Assembly: GCA_046052345.1 (NCBI GenBank)
Contig: JBJOMN010000065.1
Coordinates: 333-64,332 of the forward strand
Direction of reading: 5' to 3'
Length of the DNA: 64,000 bases
Source of the DNA: Bacteroidota bacterium
GTDB lineage: Bacteria > Bacteroidota > Bacteroidia > AKYH767-A > 2013-40CM-41-45
In this document: piece after piece, positions 56,175 to 64,000 of the stretch
How the letters are laid out: the number at the start of each line of letters is the position of its first letter
Position numbering within the stretch: the first letter of the stretch is position 1
Made by a program: the position numbers and the translations under genes
The notes under the pieces: model-generated
Seen by the model: only the letters and a program-made list of their open reading frames with translations
Database searches by the model: none
What the model was told of the DNA's origin: nothing

Positions 56175-56951
56175 TCAGGCTTTTCGTGCTATCACCAGAT
56201 TGTTCAGATAGAAATCCCTGTTGTCCGGCAAGAGGAATGAAAACAGGCCGCCTGCAAGGTTGACAGGTGCGACGGTCAGCAAGAGCAGCGGCCACCGCAA
56301 CAGGGGAGTTTTCGGCAACAGCGTGTGGTGAAAATAATTGGCAAGCAGGACGGTAACAGCCTGAAGATAGGTAGACGTTCGCTCGAGGGTTTCTACTTTG
56401 AAGCCGTTCCTTTCCAGCAGGTCCCGGATTCCGAAGGAGGTGTACCGCGCGAAGTCATACGGTTTTTCGTGTTCGATGTAGGCAAAGGGAAGGGTCATAA
56501 GCAGAACGCCTCCCGGCTTCAGCACCCGGTTCATTTCATCAAGGAGTTCCTCCGGCCGGAAGACATGTTCGAATACCTCGCTGCTGAAGATGCAGTCGAA
56601 CGTACCATCCTCAAAAGGTATTTTTCTGCCGTCATAGATCACATCGACCGGTTCGTGGCTATGGTCGTGCGCCGGATTCTCGATATCTATCCCGGTATAT
56701 TCTTCGACATTAAACAGGTCGCGATAAGGTTTATTCCCGCAGCCGACGTCCAGCAACTTTCCTTTGCAGAGAGGGGCGTGTTTGCTGATGCCGCGGTAGA
56801 TACCCCGTTTGATGAAATGGTTCGCGTTCGTAAGCAGTGATAGTAGCCCCGGACGGAACTGTTCTGTCCTGTTGATCGACTTCAACGCGTGTAGCATGGT
56901 CTTGGGAAACGGACGATTATCGGTCATTGCCGTAAATGGAACGGTACACAC
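56175..56951 (-). CDS. Class I SAM-dependent methyltransferase
   Basis: Motif I LLDVGCGNKPY, then GIDIE, then GGVLLMTLP. The start may be an internal Met (56927 or 56897), which would remove the 35-nt overlap with the upstream GT. Confidence 0.85.
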   Translation of the reverse strand: MCTVPFTAMTDNRPFPKTMLHALKSINRTEQFRPGLLSLLTNANHFIKRGIYRGISKHAPLCKGKLLDVGCGNKPYRDLFNVEEYTGIDIENPAHDHSHEPVDVIYDGRKIPFEDGTFDCIFSSEVFEHVFRPEELLDEMNRVLKPGGVLLMTLPFAYIEHEKPYDFARYTSFGIRDLLERNGFKVETLERTSTYLQAVTVLLANYFHHTLLPKTPLLRWPLLLLTVAPVNLAGGLFSFLLPDNRDFYLNNLVIARKA

Positions 56952-58152
56952 TTCGGGCGATGTCGAAGTTACGGTATTTCTCAGCTAAAGGACGGATCCG
57001 CTCATACGTTTTTACGGTACCGTTGTCTTCTATCAAAGCTGCGGTCTCTCGGATGCACCGTGCATATTCCTCCTTGTCCGGCCGACCGATGACACTGCCT
57101 GCACCGTGGGTTCGTATCATTTCGCTGTCGTCGGCGATTCCTGATGTGATGATTACGGGCAATCCCAACGCCCAATACTCCGAAACCTTTATCGGTGCTG
57201 CATGTTTGCGTGACGGAACAGGTGCATACGGGGCAAGTCCGAAGTCGCCGAGTCCGATGTAGTCCGCCACTTCGGCATGAGGTACGAAGAGCTGTATGAT
57301 AGCGGATGAGGGCAGTCCGGCCTTCTCGGACCATCTTCGGATGTTCGATTCCGGTTCACGGCTGAGGAGCAGCAGCCGGAAGCGGTCTCCCCATCGGTCA
57401 TAGGCGGCTTTACATAGTTCGAATACTTCTTCCGTCAGATATAAACCGCCGAATTTTCCTGCATACACCGCCACGATTTTCTTCTGCAGTCCAAGCCTTG
57501 AGAGCAGTTCAGGGTTTTTCCTGCGGCTGATATCGAAACGTGCCAGATCGACACAAGAGGGTTTAAGATAAGTCCTCTGCGGGCGAATTCCGTACTTGCG
57601 TTCTGAATAGTCAGCCATGTCTTCCGTGCAAAGGATATGGATGCCGGCACGTCTGGCCATCTTTTTTTCCAGCGAGAAGAAAACTTTGAATTTTATACCG
57701 TACCGGCTCCATGTGCCCGTTTCACTCATGACTTCCGCATGCGGCTCGAAACTGTCCAAAACGAGCAGACGGCCGGTAAGTACTGAAAGGAAGTATCCGA
57801 TTATTCCGCCGGGAAGGCACCAGGCATGGATAGACCCGATACCGGTGCGTCGTATCAAGCCGGCTAGGCGGAGCAAGGACGGTATCCACAGCATCAATGC
57901 GGGACCGAATCGATAATAAGGAAGACGCACCCAGTCTATTCCTTCGCTTTTTAGCCGGGCTACAGTTGATTTCAATTCCTCGGCATCAAGACGGTCTTCC
58001 TTCTTCTCGACGGATAAAAGATAGACCGGAAACTTTTCAGGTACGGACGCCCGTATCAGCCGGACATACGGCAGGGTATAGGCCTGCATGAGCGCATCCT
58101 TGAAACTGAAATACGTCGTAACAAAAACACCTCCTGAGGATCGCCCCTTCAT
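56917..58152 (-). CDS. Glycosyltransferase (GT-B fold, GT4-like)
   Basis: 411 aa. Rossmann-like halves. C-terminal KVSEYWALGLPVIITSGIADDSEMI resembles the GT4 donor-binding region. Confidence 0.7.
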   Translation of the reverse strand: MKGRSSGGVFVTTYFSFKDALMQAYTLPYVRLIRASVPEKFPVYLLSVEKKEDRLDAEELKSTVARLKSEGIDWVRLPYYRFGPALMLWIPSLLRLAGLIRRTGIGSIHAWCLPGGIIGYFLSVLTGRLLVLDSFEPHAEVMSETGTWSRYGIKFKVFFSLEKKMARRAGIHILCTEDMADYSERKYGIRPQRTYLKPSCVDLARFDISRRKNPELLSRLGLQKKIVAVYAGKFGGLYLTEEVFELCKAAYDRWGDRFRLLLLSREPESNIRRWSEKAGLPSSAIIQLFVPHAEVADYIGLGDFGLAPYAPVPSRKHAAPIKVSEYWALGLPVIITSGIADDSEMIRTHGAGSVIGRPDKEEYARCIRETAALIEDNGTVKTYERIRPLAEKYRNFDIARSVYRSIYGNDR

Positions 58153-59054
58153 ACCTCTTTCTCCTTTCTTTTAAACGGCTGGTAGGACACGACCAGTCGA
58201 ATAACCAATGGTAAGTAAGAGAATCGGAACCCGGTTGCATGTATCGCTTTCTTCAATCGCCTGAAGCTTTCAGAACGTTCGCCTGCCTGGAGAAAGTTCG
58301 CGGCCGAAAAATACGCAGCATATCCCGAAACGATCCGTTTTTCACTTTCTTCGAACGGGATATTCTTAAGGATCCATGCGACAGCTCTGTCCATGCGTCT
58401 TGCGACGATCCCTTGGTCCGCACGCATGCTTCGGTCTGCATGGTCGACAAGGTGATAGGTGGTCTTGTCAATGACGAATATGCGGCCTTTCCGTAGGTTG
58501 GCCAGGTTGAACATCCAGTCTTCGAGGATGGAGAATCCCCGGTCATTTTCAAAGGGCACAAGAGACGGATTTTCTCTGCGCACACATAAATACATCCCCA
58601 GGATGTTTCCACGCAAGAGGACCCTGTAGTCGTAGTAGCCTTCCTTGAGTCGGCCGATGGCTGTAGGAATATGTCGTCCGTCTCGCAGGAAATCGAATTT
58701 TGTGGTCAGGAAGTCGGGCTTCTTCTCCCGGAGGGCATAGTGGTGCAGCACTGACAAGTGATCCCTTTCCAGGCGGTCATCCGAATCCATGAAAACGAGG
58801 TATTCTCCGGAGGCCGCCTTCATGCCGGTGTTGCGGGCCGCCCCACGTTCGCTGTTCTCCTGCGACACGATCTTCAAGCGGGATTCTCCGGAAAAGACGA
58901 GTTCGAGATGATCTTTCGTTCCGTCGGTGCTGCCGTCATCGACCAGGATGATCTCGAAATCTGCAAAGCTTTGCTCCAGGACGTTAAGGATTGTGGCCGT
59001 AACGATATACCTCCGTTGGTAGGTTGGTACTATGATGCTGAAAAACGGTGTCAT
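58149..59054 (-). CDS. Glycosyltransferase family 2
   Basis: FSIIVPTYQR, DDGSTDGT and FMDSDD (DxD). Confidence 0.9.
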   Translation of the reverse strand: MTPFFSIIVPTYQRRYIVTATILNVLEQSFADFEIILVDDGSTDGTKDHLELVFSGESRLKIVSQENSERGAARNTGMKAASGEYLVFMDSDDRLERDHLSVLHHYALREKKPDFLTTKFDFLRDGRHIPTAIGRLKEGYYDYRVLLRGNILGMYLCVRRENPSLVPFENDRGFSILEDWMFNLANLRKGRIFVIDKTTYHLVDHADRSMRADQGIVARRMDRAVAWILKNIPFEESEKRIVSGYAAYFSAANFLQAGERSESFRRLKKAIHATGFRFSYLPLVIRLVVSYQPFKRKEKEV

Positions 59055-59059
59055 GGTAT

Positions 59060-60067
59060 TCAGCGTGTCAGTCTCCTGATGAATCGGAAAAGCGGCACGG
59101 GCACATACCGCAACTGGAATTCGGGTCGGGATAATCTTGCCGCCGTCAGATAGTCCTCATCCAATGTACGAATCAGCCGGATGATTTTAAGTCCTTCTCT
59201 GCGGTCGAGCGTCTCGTAGCGTATCCGGAACTGGTCGAGCAGGAAGTGACAGACGATACGCAGTATCTCCTGCTCGGTGAAACGGAGGTTATGCTGTAAT
59301 GCAGGTTCCTCTTCGTACAGAAGTCCTGCTTCTCTCAGTCTTTTAAGGACGGAGGGCTGTACGGAAACGGAGTTCAGGAACCGGGAAAAGACCCGCGACC
59401 ATTCCACGGCGAAATCCCGGAGTCTCGAACCGGTCTTGCTTCCTGTATGGATGCGATAGGACGCCCATACGTTTTCATCGGTAATTATATCGAATTCGAG
59501 TGCGATCTTCTGGAAAAGGGCAAAGTCCATCCCGTAATGCAGCATGGTGTCCAGCGGACCGCACCGTTCAAAGGCTTTTCGGGTGAAAAAGGAGGCGGGT
59601 TGTGCGAAAGGTACGCCTGCTAAGCAGTGCCCCGCGATATCCTCTGACGGAGGAGTCAGTTTACTTTCTTTTCTTCGGTCACCGAAAATACGACATCTTC
59701 CAACGAAAAGACCACCTTCAGGATGCTTCTTGTAAAGAGCGGCCACGCTTTCAAGTGCGCCGGGTTCCAGCAGGTCATCGCTGCACAGCCAGGTCATCAG
59801 TTCACCTGTGGCTTTTGAGAAGCCTTTATTGACGGCATCGCTCTGGCCCTTGTCTTTTTCACTGCACCAGAAGTCGATGTGTTCTTCGTAGCTTTGAAGT
59901 ATCTCTGTCGTGCCATCGTTGCTTCCTCCGTCGATCACGATGAATTCGAGTGCAGGATATCCCTGATGGATGACGGATAGAATCGTTTCCTCGATGAAGC
60001 GGACTTGGTTCAGGGAGGGGGTGACGATAGTGATCTTCGGAAAAGTACCGGTCATATCCCCGTTCAT
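59060..60067 (-). CDS. Glycosyltransferase family 2
   Basis: ITIVTPSLNQVRFIEETILSVIHQGYPALEFIVIDGGSNDGT and WLCSDDLLEP. Confidence 0.9.
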   Translation of the reverse strand: MNGDMTGTFPKITIVTPSLNQVRFIEETILSVIHQGYPALEFIVIDGGSNDGTTEILQSYEEHIDFWCSEKDKGQSDAVNKGFSKATGELMTWLCSDDLLEPGALESVAALYKKHPEGGLFVGRCRIFGDRRKESKLTPPSEDIAGHCLAGVPFAQPASFFTRKAFERCGPLDTMLHYGMDFALFQKIALEFDIITDENVWASYRIHTGSKTGSRLRDFAVEWSRVFSRFLNSVSVQPSVLKRLREAGLLYEEEPALQHNLRFTEQEILRIVCHFLLDQFRIRYETLDRREGLKIIRLIRTLDEDYLTAARLSRPEFQLRYVPVPLFRFIRRLTR

Positions 60068-60942
60068 TTGGCGGTTACAGGCTTCATGAATAACGCTTTG
60101 AGGTTATCGCCGGCTCCTGCCAGGGAAAGTGCTCCGTTGGCAAGGCGCTTTACCGCACGGTTGAACGTGTTTTTTTCAAGACGCATTTGCCAGTCACGGT
60201 CCACAGCATGAAAGCAGTGATCGCCGCTTGATCTTCTTTGCAGTGCGTCCTTCAGCCGACCAAGACTTATCCCATCCGTCTTGATGCGGACGGGTTCGAA
60301 TCCATTTCTTCTGAAAAGACGGCGAAGCGTATCCGGGTTGTAATACACCAGATGTCCGGGATAATCGATGACAGTCCATTTGCCGCGCAGTATCTTTCTG
60401 CTCACGGAATCGAAATTGGGTGTCGTAACGTAGATGACACCGCCAGGACGAAGAAGTTGAAACATCTTCTCCAGCTCCTCCTGAGGACAGTCTATGTGCT
60501 CTATCACTTCGATCCATGCGATGACATCGAATGATCCTGGGGCGTATTGGGAAGCATCGAGTCTTCCGGCACGCATTTCAATGCCCTTTGAGCGGCAGAT
60601 CGGAAGATAGATGTCGGAAAACTCCGTGCCGTGTACTTCCCAGCCGCTCGACTTCGCCTCGCTCAGGAAGAATCCTTCTCCGCATCCTACATCCAGCATG
60701 CGGTTGTTCTTTCGATAAGGCTCCAGTGTACGTAGAAGCTCGCGGTAACGTTTTCGTGTGATTTCCGGAACCGAACCTGTCAGCGGGTATGCCGCATAGT
60801 GACGGATCAGCTCCTGCTCGGAAGGTTTCGCGGAGAAGAAAACAGTCCTGCAGGACGCGCATCGGACGAGTTCAAGGGGATAACCGGATCCAAGGGGAAA
60901 ATGCCGGGTTGTGCCGCAAGAAGGACAAGGAACTGTCGGCAT
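60064..60942 (-). CDS. Class I SAM-dependent methyltransferase with an N-terminal Cys4 zinc-ribbon
   Basis: CPSCG...x..CASC at the N-terminus. Motif I MLDVGCGEGFF. GGVIYVTTPN. Confidence 0.85.
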   Translation of the reverse strand: MPTVPCPSCGTTRHFPLGSGYPLELVRCASCRTVFFSAKPSEQELIRHYAAYPLTGSVPEITRKRYRELLRTLEPYRKNNRMLDVGCGEGFFLSEAKSSGWEVHGTEFSDIYLPICRSKGIEMRAGRLDASQYAPGSFDVIAWIEVIEHIDCPQEELEKMFQLLRPGGVIYVTTPNFDSVSRKILRGKWTVIDYPGHLVYYNPDTLRRLFRRNGFEPVRIKTDGISLGRLKDALQRRSSGDHCFHAVDRDWQMRLEKNTFNRAVKRLANGALSLAGAGDNLKALFMKPVTAK

Positions 60943-60947
60943 GGAGA

Positions 60948-61730
60948 TCAGAGCTTATATCCGTTCGCCATCAGCAATTCCCGGGAATCTTCGACGAAAC
61001 GGGTCGCTGTTTCCTCGTTGAAATATTCTTTCCACTGATCTTTAGTTCCTTTCCGGAAAAAATGGATTTTCTTTTCCAGGATCTCGCTTCCGTAGGTTTT
61101 TTCGTTTTCCTGCAACGATTTGAACGAACATTGTTCCGCCGTCTTTTCCACCAGCTCGTCCGTGACGGGAAGGTCACAGAACTTGGCGATCTTCCGGATG
61201 TTCGCGGGCAGGTTAGCCAGCATGTCTTCGTACCGTAGAAAAAGGATACGATCCGGAAATCTAAGACGCATCTCCATGGCTTTGCTCACATGTTCCTGCC
61301 AGGATCCGAAACGGAGATGAATGGGACTTTCCAGGAATTCTCCGAATGTGCCGTCGAACTGACCGGAGTCCAGATTGTAATGGTAATAGGACACAAGCGC
61401 GTCTCTTCCGTCACGGACGATATAGATCGTGCGCGGAAAGTATTCGAAAAAAGGCTGGTGGTATTTCATGATCCTGACATCTTTCATGGAAGGGATGTCC
61501 TTCAGCGATTTATGGATATCGGGAACGATCTTTTCAATATTACGGAAGTTGATCACCGAGTCCTGTCGGAGCAGGTTCGCGATGATGAACCGGACCCAGG
61601 TGTTTCCGGATTTCGGGTAGGACACGATGAAGATGTCCGATTCACGAACATCGAACTCAGGACGGTTCTTCGTGTTCTGGCGGAAAACCAGTCGTTCAAG
61701 TCTGGAGAAAATGGTAGAGACGGGATTCAT
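60948..61730 (-). CDS. PAPS-dependent sulfotransferase (Sulfotransfer_1 / cytosolic-SULT type)
   Basis: 5'-PSB loop SYPKSGNTW. 3'-PB region IVRDGRDALVSYYHY. C-terminal FFRKGTKDQWKEYF, comparable to FMRKG..GDWK..F in animal SULTs. Confidence 0.85.
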   Translation of the reverse strand: MNPVSTIFSRLERLVFRQNTKNRPEFDVRESDIFIVSYPKSGNTWVRFIIANLLRQDSVINFRNIEKIVPDIHKSLKDIPSMKDVRIMKYHQPFFEYFPRTIYIVRDGRDALVSYYHYNLDSGQFDGTFGEFLESPIHLRFGSWQEHVSKAMEMRLRFPDRILFLRYEDMLANLPANIRKIAKFCDLPVTDELVEKTAEQCSFKSLQENEKTYGSEILEKKIHFFRKGTKDQWKEYFNEETATRFVEDSRELLMANGYKL

Positions 61731-61751
61731 TGGAAAATGGTGATTGGGCTG

Positions 61752-62570
61752 TCAGGACATGTTTTCCAAGACCTGAAGTTTTCGAACATGCTCTTTCGGA
61801 GCCAGATTGATCCAGTCCGGACGTATAAAAAGCCGGAGGCCTTTGTCGATGAGCGTCTGGTTGAAGTAGATATGTTCGCAGATCGTCTTGTTCTTATTCA
61901 GACCATTGTAATAGGTATTATGCACGTCCCTGATCTTGTAGAGTGCAGCGCCTCCGAAGGCGCTCGTCACCTCGATGTCCGGACCGTTCGGATTCAGAAA
62001 TATCTGACGTTTGTCGATACAGATATTCAACGCCATCTCCTTGCCGATCTGGCGGGAAAGCGTAGCGAACTGGTCCCAACAGTCAACCTCGCACCAATCC
62101 TTAGCACGTAGTGCCCAGATGTCGTAGTAGAAGGGGAGCGAGTTGGGGAAGAAGCCCCCCAACGTCTCATCCGATATCAGATCGTTGAAAAGCCGTTCGT
62201 AGGTCAGAAGGTCGGCCGGACCGGAATTGGGATGGTCCAGGTCGATGGGAAAGTAGAAGTCGTAATCCGGGAAATAAGTCGTCACATGCTGAAGTCCCTT
62301 GTTTCGCAGGTACGCCAGCCGCTGTGTCCGGTCCAGGATCTGGTTGGACAAGCCGTCCATCGTGAACAGCAGGAAATTCTCCGGGTCTTTCTGCTGGAAG
62401 GCCGAGAGCAGCTGCTTGGTATCGTCATTAGAATCGTTTTCGTAAATGATGATCTTATACCTTCCGCATAACGAGGCGACATCATAGATATGGCGAAGTA
62501 CGTTCGAAAGGTATTCGTCCACATTTCTGGCTAGACCGACGAATACGATACTGTAGGGATTACTGCTCAT
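61752..62570 (-). CDS. Hypothetical protein, possibly a GT-A-like glycosyltransferase
   Basis: 272 aa. YSIVFVGLARNVDEYL...YKIIIYENDSNDDTKQLL resembles the N-terminal nucleotide-binding part of some GT-A enzymes. The call is weak. Confidence 0.4.
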   Translation of the reverse strand: MSSNPYSIVFVGLARNVDEYLSNVLRHIYDVASLCGRYKIIIYENDSNDDTKQLLSAFQQKDPENFLLFTMDGLSNQILDRTQRLAYLRNKGLQHVTTYFPDYDFYFPIDLDHPNSGPADLLTYERLFNDLISDETLGGFFPNSLPFYYDIWALRAKDWCEVDCWDQFATLSRQIGKEMALNICIDKRQIFLNPNGPDIEVTSAFGGAALYKIRDVHNTYYNGLNKNKTICEHIYFNQTLIDKGLRLFIRPDWINLAPKEHVRKLQVLENMS

Positions 62571-62626
62571 TTGAATTCCTTAAAAATAGCGAAATAAGCT
62601 GAAATTGCAGCGTTTCATGACAGCAA

Positions 62627-63553
62627 TTAACGAAACGAGTTCAAGGAATTCCACCACTTGCGCAGTTTGCCGGATAATCGCTCCGAAAAACGCGGAGAAT
62701 TCCAGTCACGAAGCACCTGTTCGATCCATGACTCGTTAGCAGCGGAATAGGCAGCAGGATCAGGAAAGGGTACCTGATCCGGGAGCCGGTCTATTTTCCG
62801 TTCCTGGGAACGCTTCACAACATGACTGTAATTCGCACCGGTGCCGTCCATGCCGATGTTTCGCGTGAAGGACCTGCCGGGAGTAAGGCATAATCCTCCT
62901 TCGTTGAATACACTCGCATACCAAAGCACATCCCACGTCCTTAGCGTGCCTGCCGCCTGTCTTTGCAGCATGCCGAGCGTACCTGCAGCCCCGTGGCGGT
63001 CGAAATCGTCGGCCGTGCCGTCATTATTGATTTTTCGCAGATGACTTTCAGCATCTTCGGAAAATCGATCCCAGGCACGCTTCCAGGTAGCCCATCCCCA
63101 GACAAAAGCATACCTGGAGAAGAAAGCAAAGGGGAATTCCGCCTTGTGCGGGAACATATATCCGTTGATGTGCATCACCTGCTCGTCCTTCTCGTACCTG
63201 TCGAGTGCGGCGTTACAGTAGTTCAGGAAATGTTTTCCGCACACGATGTCATCCTCCAGGATGATCGCTCTTCCATATTCGTTGACGATACGCGTGACGC
63301 CTTGGATGATGGCTTTCTGCAAGCCCTGGTTCTCCGCTTCCTCGTGCAGTACGACTTTCCCGCACCATTCCCTTGAGCGGACCAATTCACGTACCCGCAT
63401 GACTTGGACGGCGTCGTCCGCATTCTTAGGACCGTCGCAGAACACATGTAGTTCGGATTCGGCTGAACCTTCGCAGGTGTTCAATGCCGTCAACGTCCGA
63501 AATGTATGATCCGGACGGTTATAAACGAAAAGTATGACGGGTGCTTTAGGCAT
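62627..63553 (-). CDS. GT-A fold glycosyltransferase-like protein (GNT-I-like)
   Basis: Start set at MPKAPVILFVYNRPDHTFRTLTALN. EDD acidic motif (AIILEDDIV). WGWATWKRAW. The upstream 40 codons of the listed ORF are basic, low-complexity sequence and are probably not translated. Confidence 0.5.
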   Translation of the reverse strand: MPKAPVILFVYNRPDHTFRTLTALNTCEGSAESELHVFCDGPKNADDAVQVMRVRELVRSREWCGKVVLHEEAENQGLQKAIIQGVTRIVNEYGRAIILEDDIVCGKHFLNYCNAALDRYEKDEQVMHINGYMFPHKAEFPFAFFSRYAFVWGWATWKRAWDRFSEDAESHLRKINNDGTADDFDRHGAAGTLGMLQRQAAGTLRTWDVLWYASVFNEGGLCLTPGRSFTRNIGMDGTGANYSHVVKRSQERKIDRLPDQVPFPDPAAYSAANESWIEQVLRDWNSPRFSERLSGKLRKWWNSLNSFR

Positions 63554-63579
63554 TTGGCCGGGCAAAGTTCTTTTCCTTG

Positions 63580-64000
63580 TTAACGTTCTGCTTTTTTTCT
63601 CACCACGAAGCTGTACATCCTTCCCGGCAGTCGACGTTCGTCGTACGGACCACCCGCCCGAAGCTTTATCCAAATACGGTAGAGGACACGGATCAGGGGT
63701 ACGTCTGCCGCGCTTCCTACCAGTTCGCGCAGACGTTTATCCTGTGCAGACAGTTGGAATTCCGGCAGCTTTTCGATGTCTTTCTTTTGAAGAGGAAAAT
63801 AGTTGACGGGAGAATCGAAATAACGCAATACTCTCTCCACGGTTCCATTTCCTGCTTCGAAAGCGGACAGGTATTCCCTCAATCTGTAAGCGTTCTCTCC
63901 GCCGTAATGCTTATGCATCGGATGTTGCTCGAAAAACAAGCGCTTGTCCCGGCTGTTGAAGACCACATGTTCACGTATCCCCAGAAGGATACCTCCCGGT
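63580..64000 (-). CDS. Hypothetical protein, C-terminal part (ORF open to the right edge)
   Basis: The hand-checked frame stays open upstream of the listed GTG (..PGGILLGIREHVVFNSRDKRLFFEQHPMHKHYGG..). No family was recognised. Same strand and spacing as the GT/MT operon. Confidence 0.5.
   Translation of the reverse strand, partial: PGGILLGIREHVVFNSRDKRLFFEQHPMHKHYGGENAYRLREYLSAFEAGNGTVERVLRYFDSPVNYFPLQKKDIEKLPEFQLSAQDKRLRELVGSAADVPLIRVLYRIWIKLRAGGPYDERRLPGRMYSFVVRKKAER

Noticed and set aside
61290-62111. 273-aa plus-strand ORF opposite the sulfotransferase and the next gene
   Set aside because: It spans two well-formed minus-strand genes and the gap between them. No motifs were seen, so it is a shadow ORF.
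1-64000. Search for tRNA, rRNA, transposase, integrase, phage or toxin-antitoxin signatures
   Set aside because: No ORF translation showed DDE, tyrosine- or serine-recombinase, or phage hallmark motifs. No intergenic stretch showed tRNA-like T-arm/anticodon architecture or rRNA-like sequence. The window appears to be core chromosome plus glycan and surface-protein loci.

Overview
Chromosomal segment that looks Bacteroidota-derived. The evidence is T9SS-type C-terminal sorting domains on at least four proteins, SprB-type repeats, TAnnTTTG -7 boxes and ZapA-RNase Y synteny. I recognised no rRNA, tRNA, CRISPR array, transposase or integrase. Left to right: (1) two tandem giant beta-helix/Ig-repeat surface proteins (1-8321, minus strand); (2) an M23 peptidase; (3) a coiled-coil protein, ZapA, a 343-bp hairpin-rich spacer and RNase Y; (4) two adjacent heptanucleotide arrays (13013-13210); (5) a 13.6-kb Wzx/Wzy-type glycan locus (13226-26802) with two flippases, a GNAT-like protein, a CE4-like deacetylase, a hexapeptide acetyltransferase, three GT4 enzymes, a Wzy/O-antigen-ligase-like protein, WecB, a DegT aminotransferase, a secreted alpha/beta hydrolase and a PglC-like initiating transferase; (6) a stand-alone Cas6-like protein; (7) a small Kazal-like T9SS protein; (8) AcpH, DUF167 and ParE/ParC; (9) an unknown secreted protein, a putative porin, a T9SS protein and an AddB-like nuclease; (10) a 1476-aa T9SS protein with fifteen 72-aa repeats; (11) a second glycan locus (45628-51960 and 54810-64000) with four SAM methyltransferases, an AsnB-like amidotransferase, a third flippase, GT2/GT4 enzymes and a SULT-type sulfotransferase. 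That second locus is interrupted by a housekeeping block (YihY, NadC, DUF4783-like, RlmH). The best follow-up targets are the orphan Cas6-like gene, the dual heptamer arrays together with the matching motif at the far end of glycan locus 1, the structured zapA-rny spacer, and the methyl/sulfo-decorating glycan locus. All functional calls come from reading motifs in the supplied translations by eye. No database search, folding program or statistics were run.
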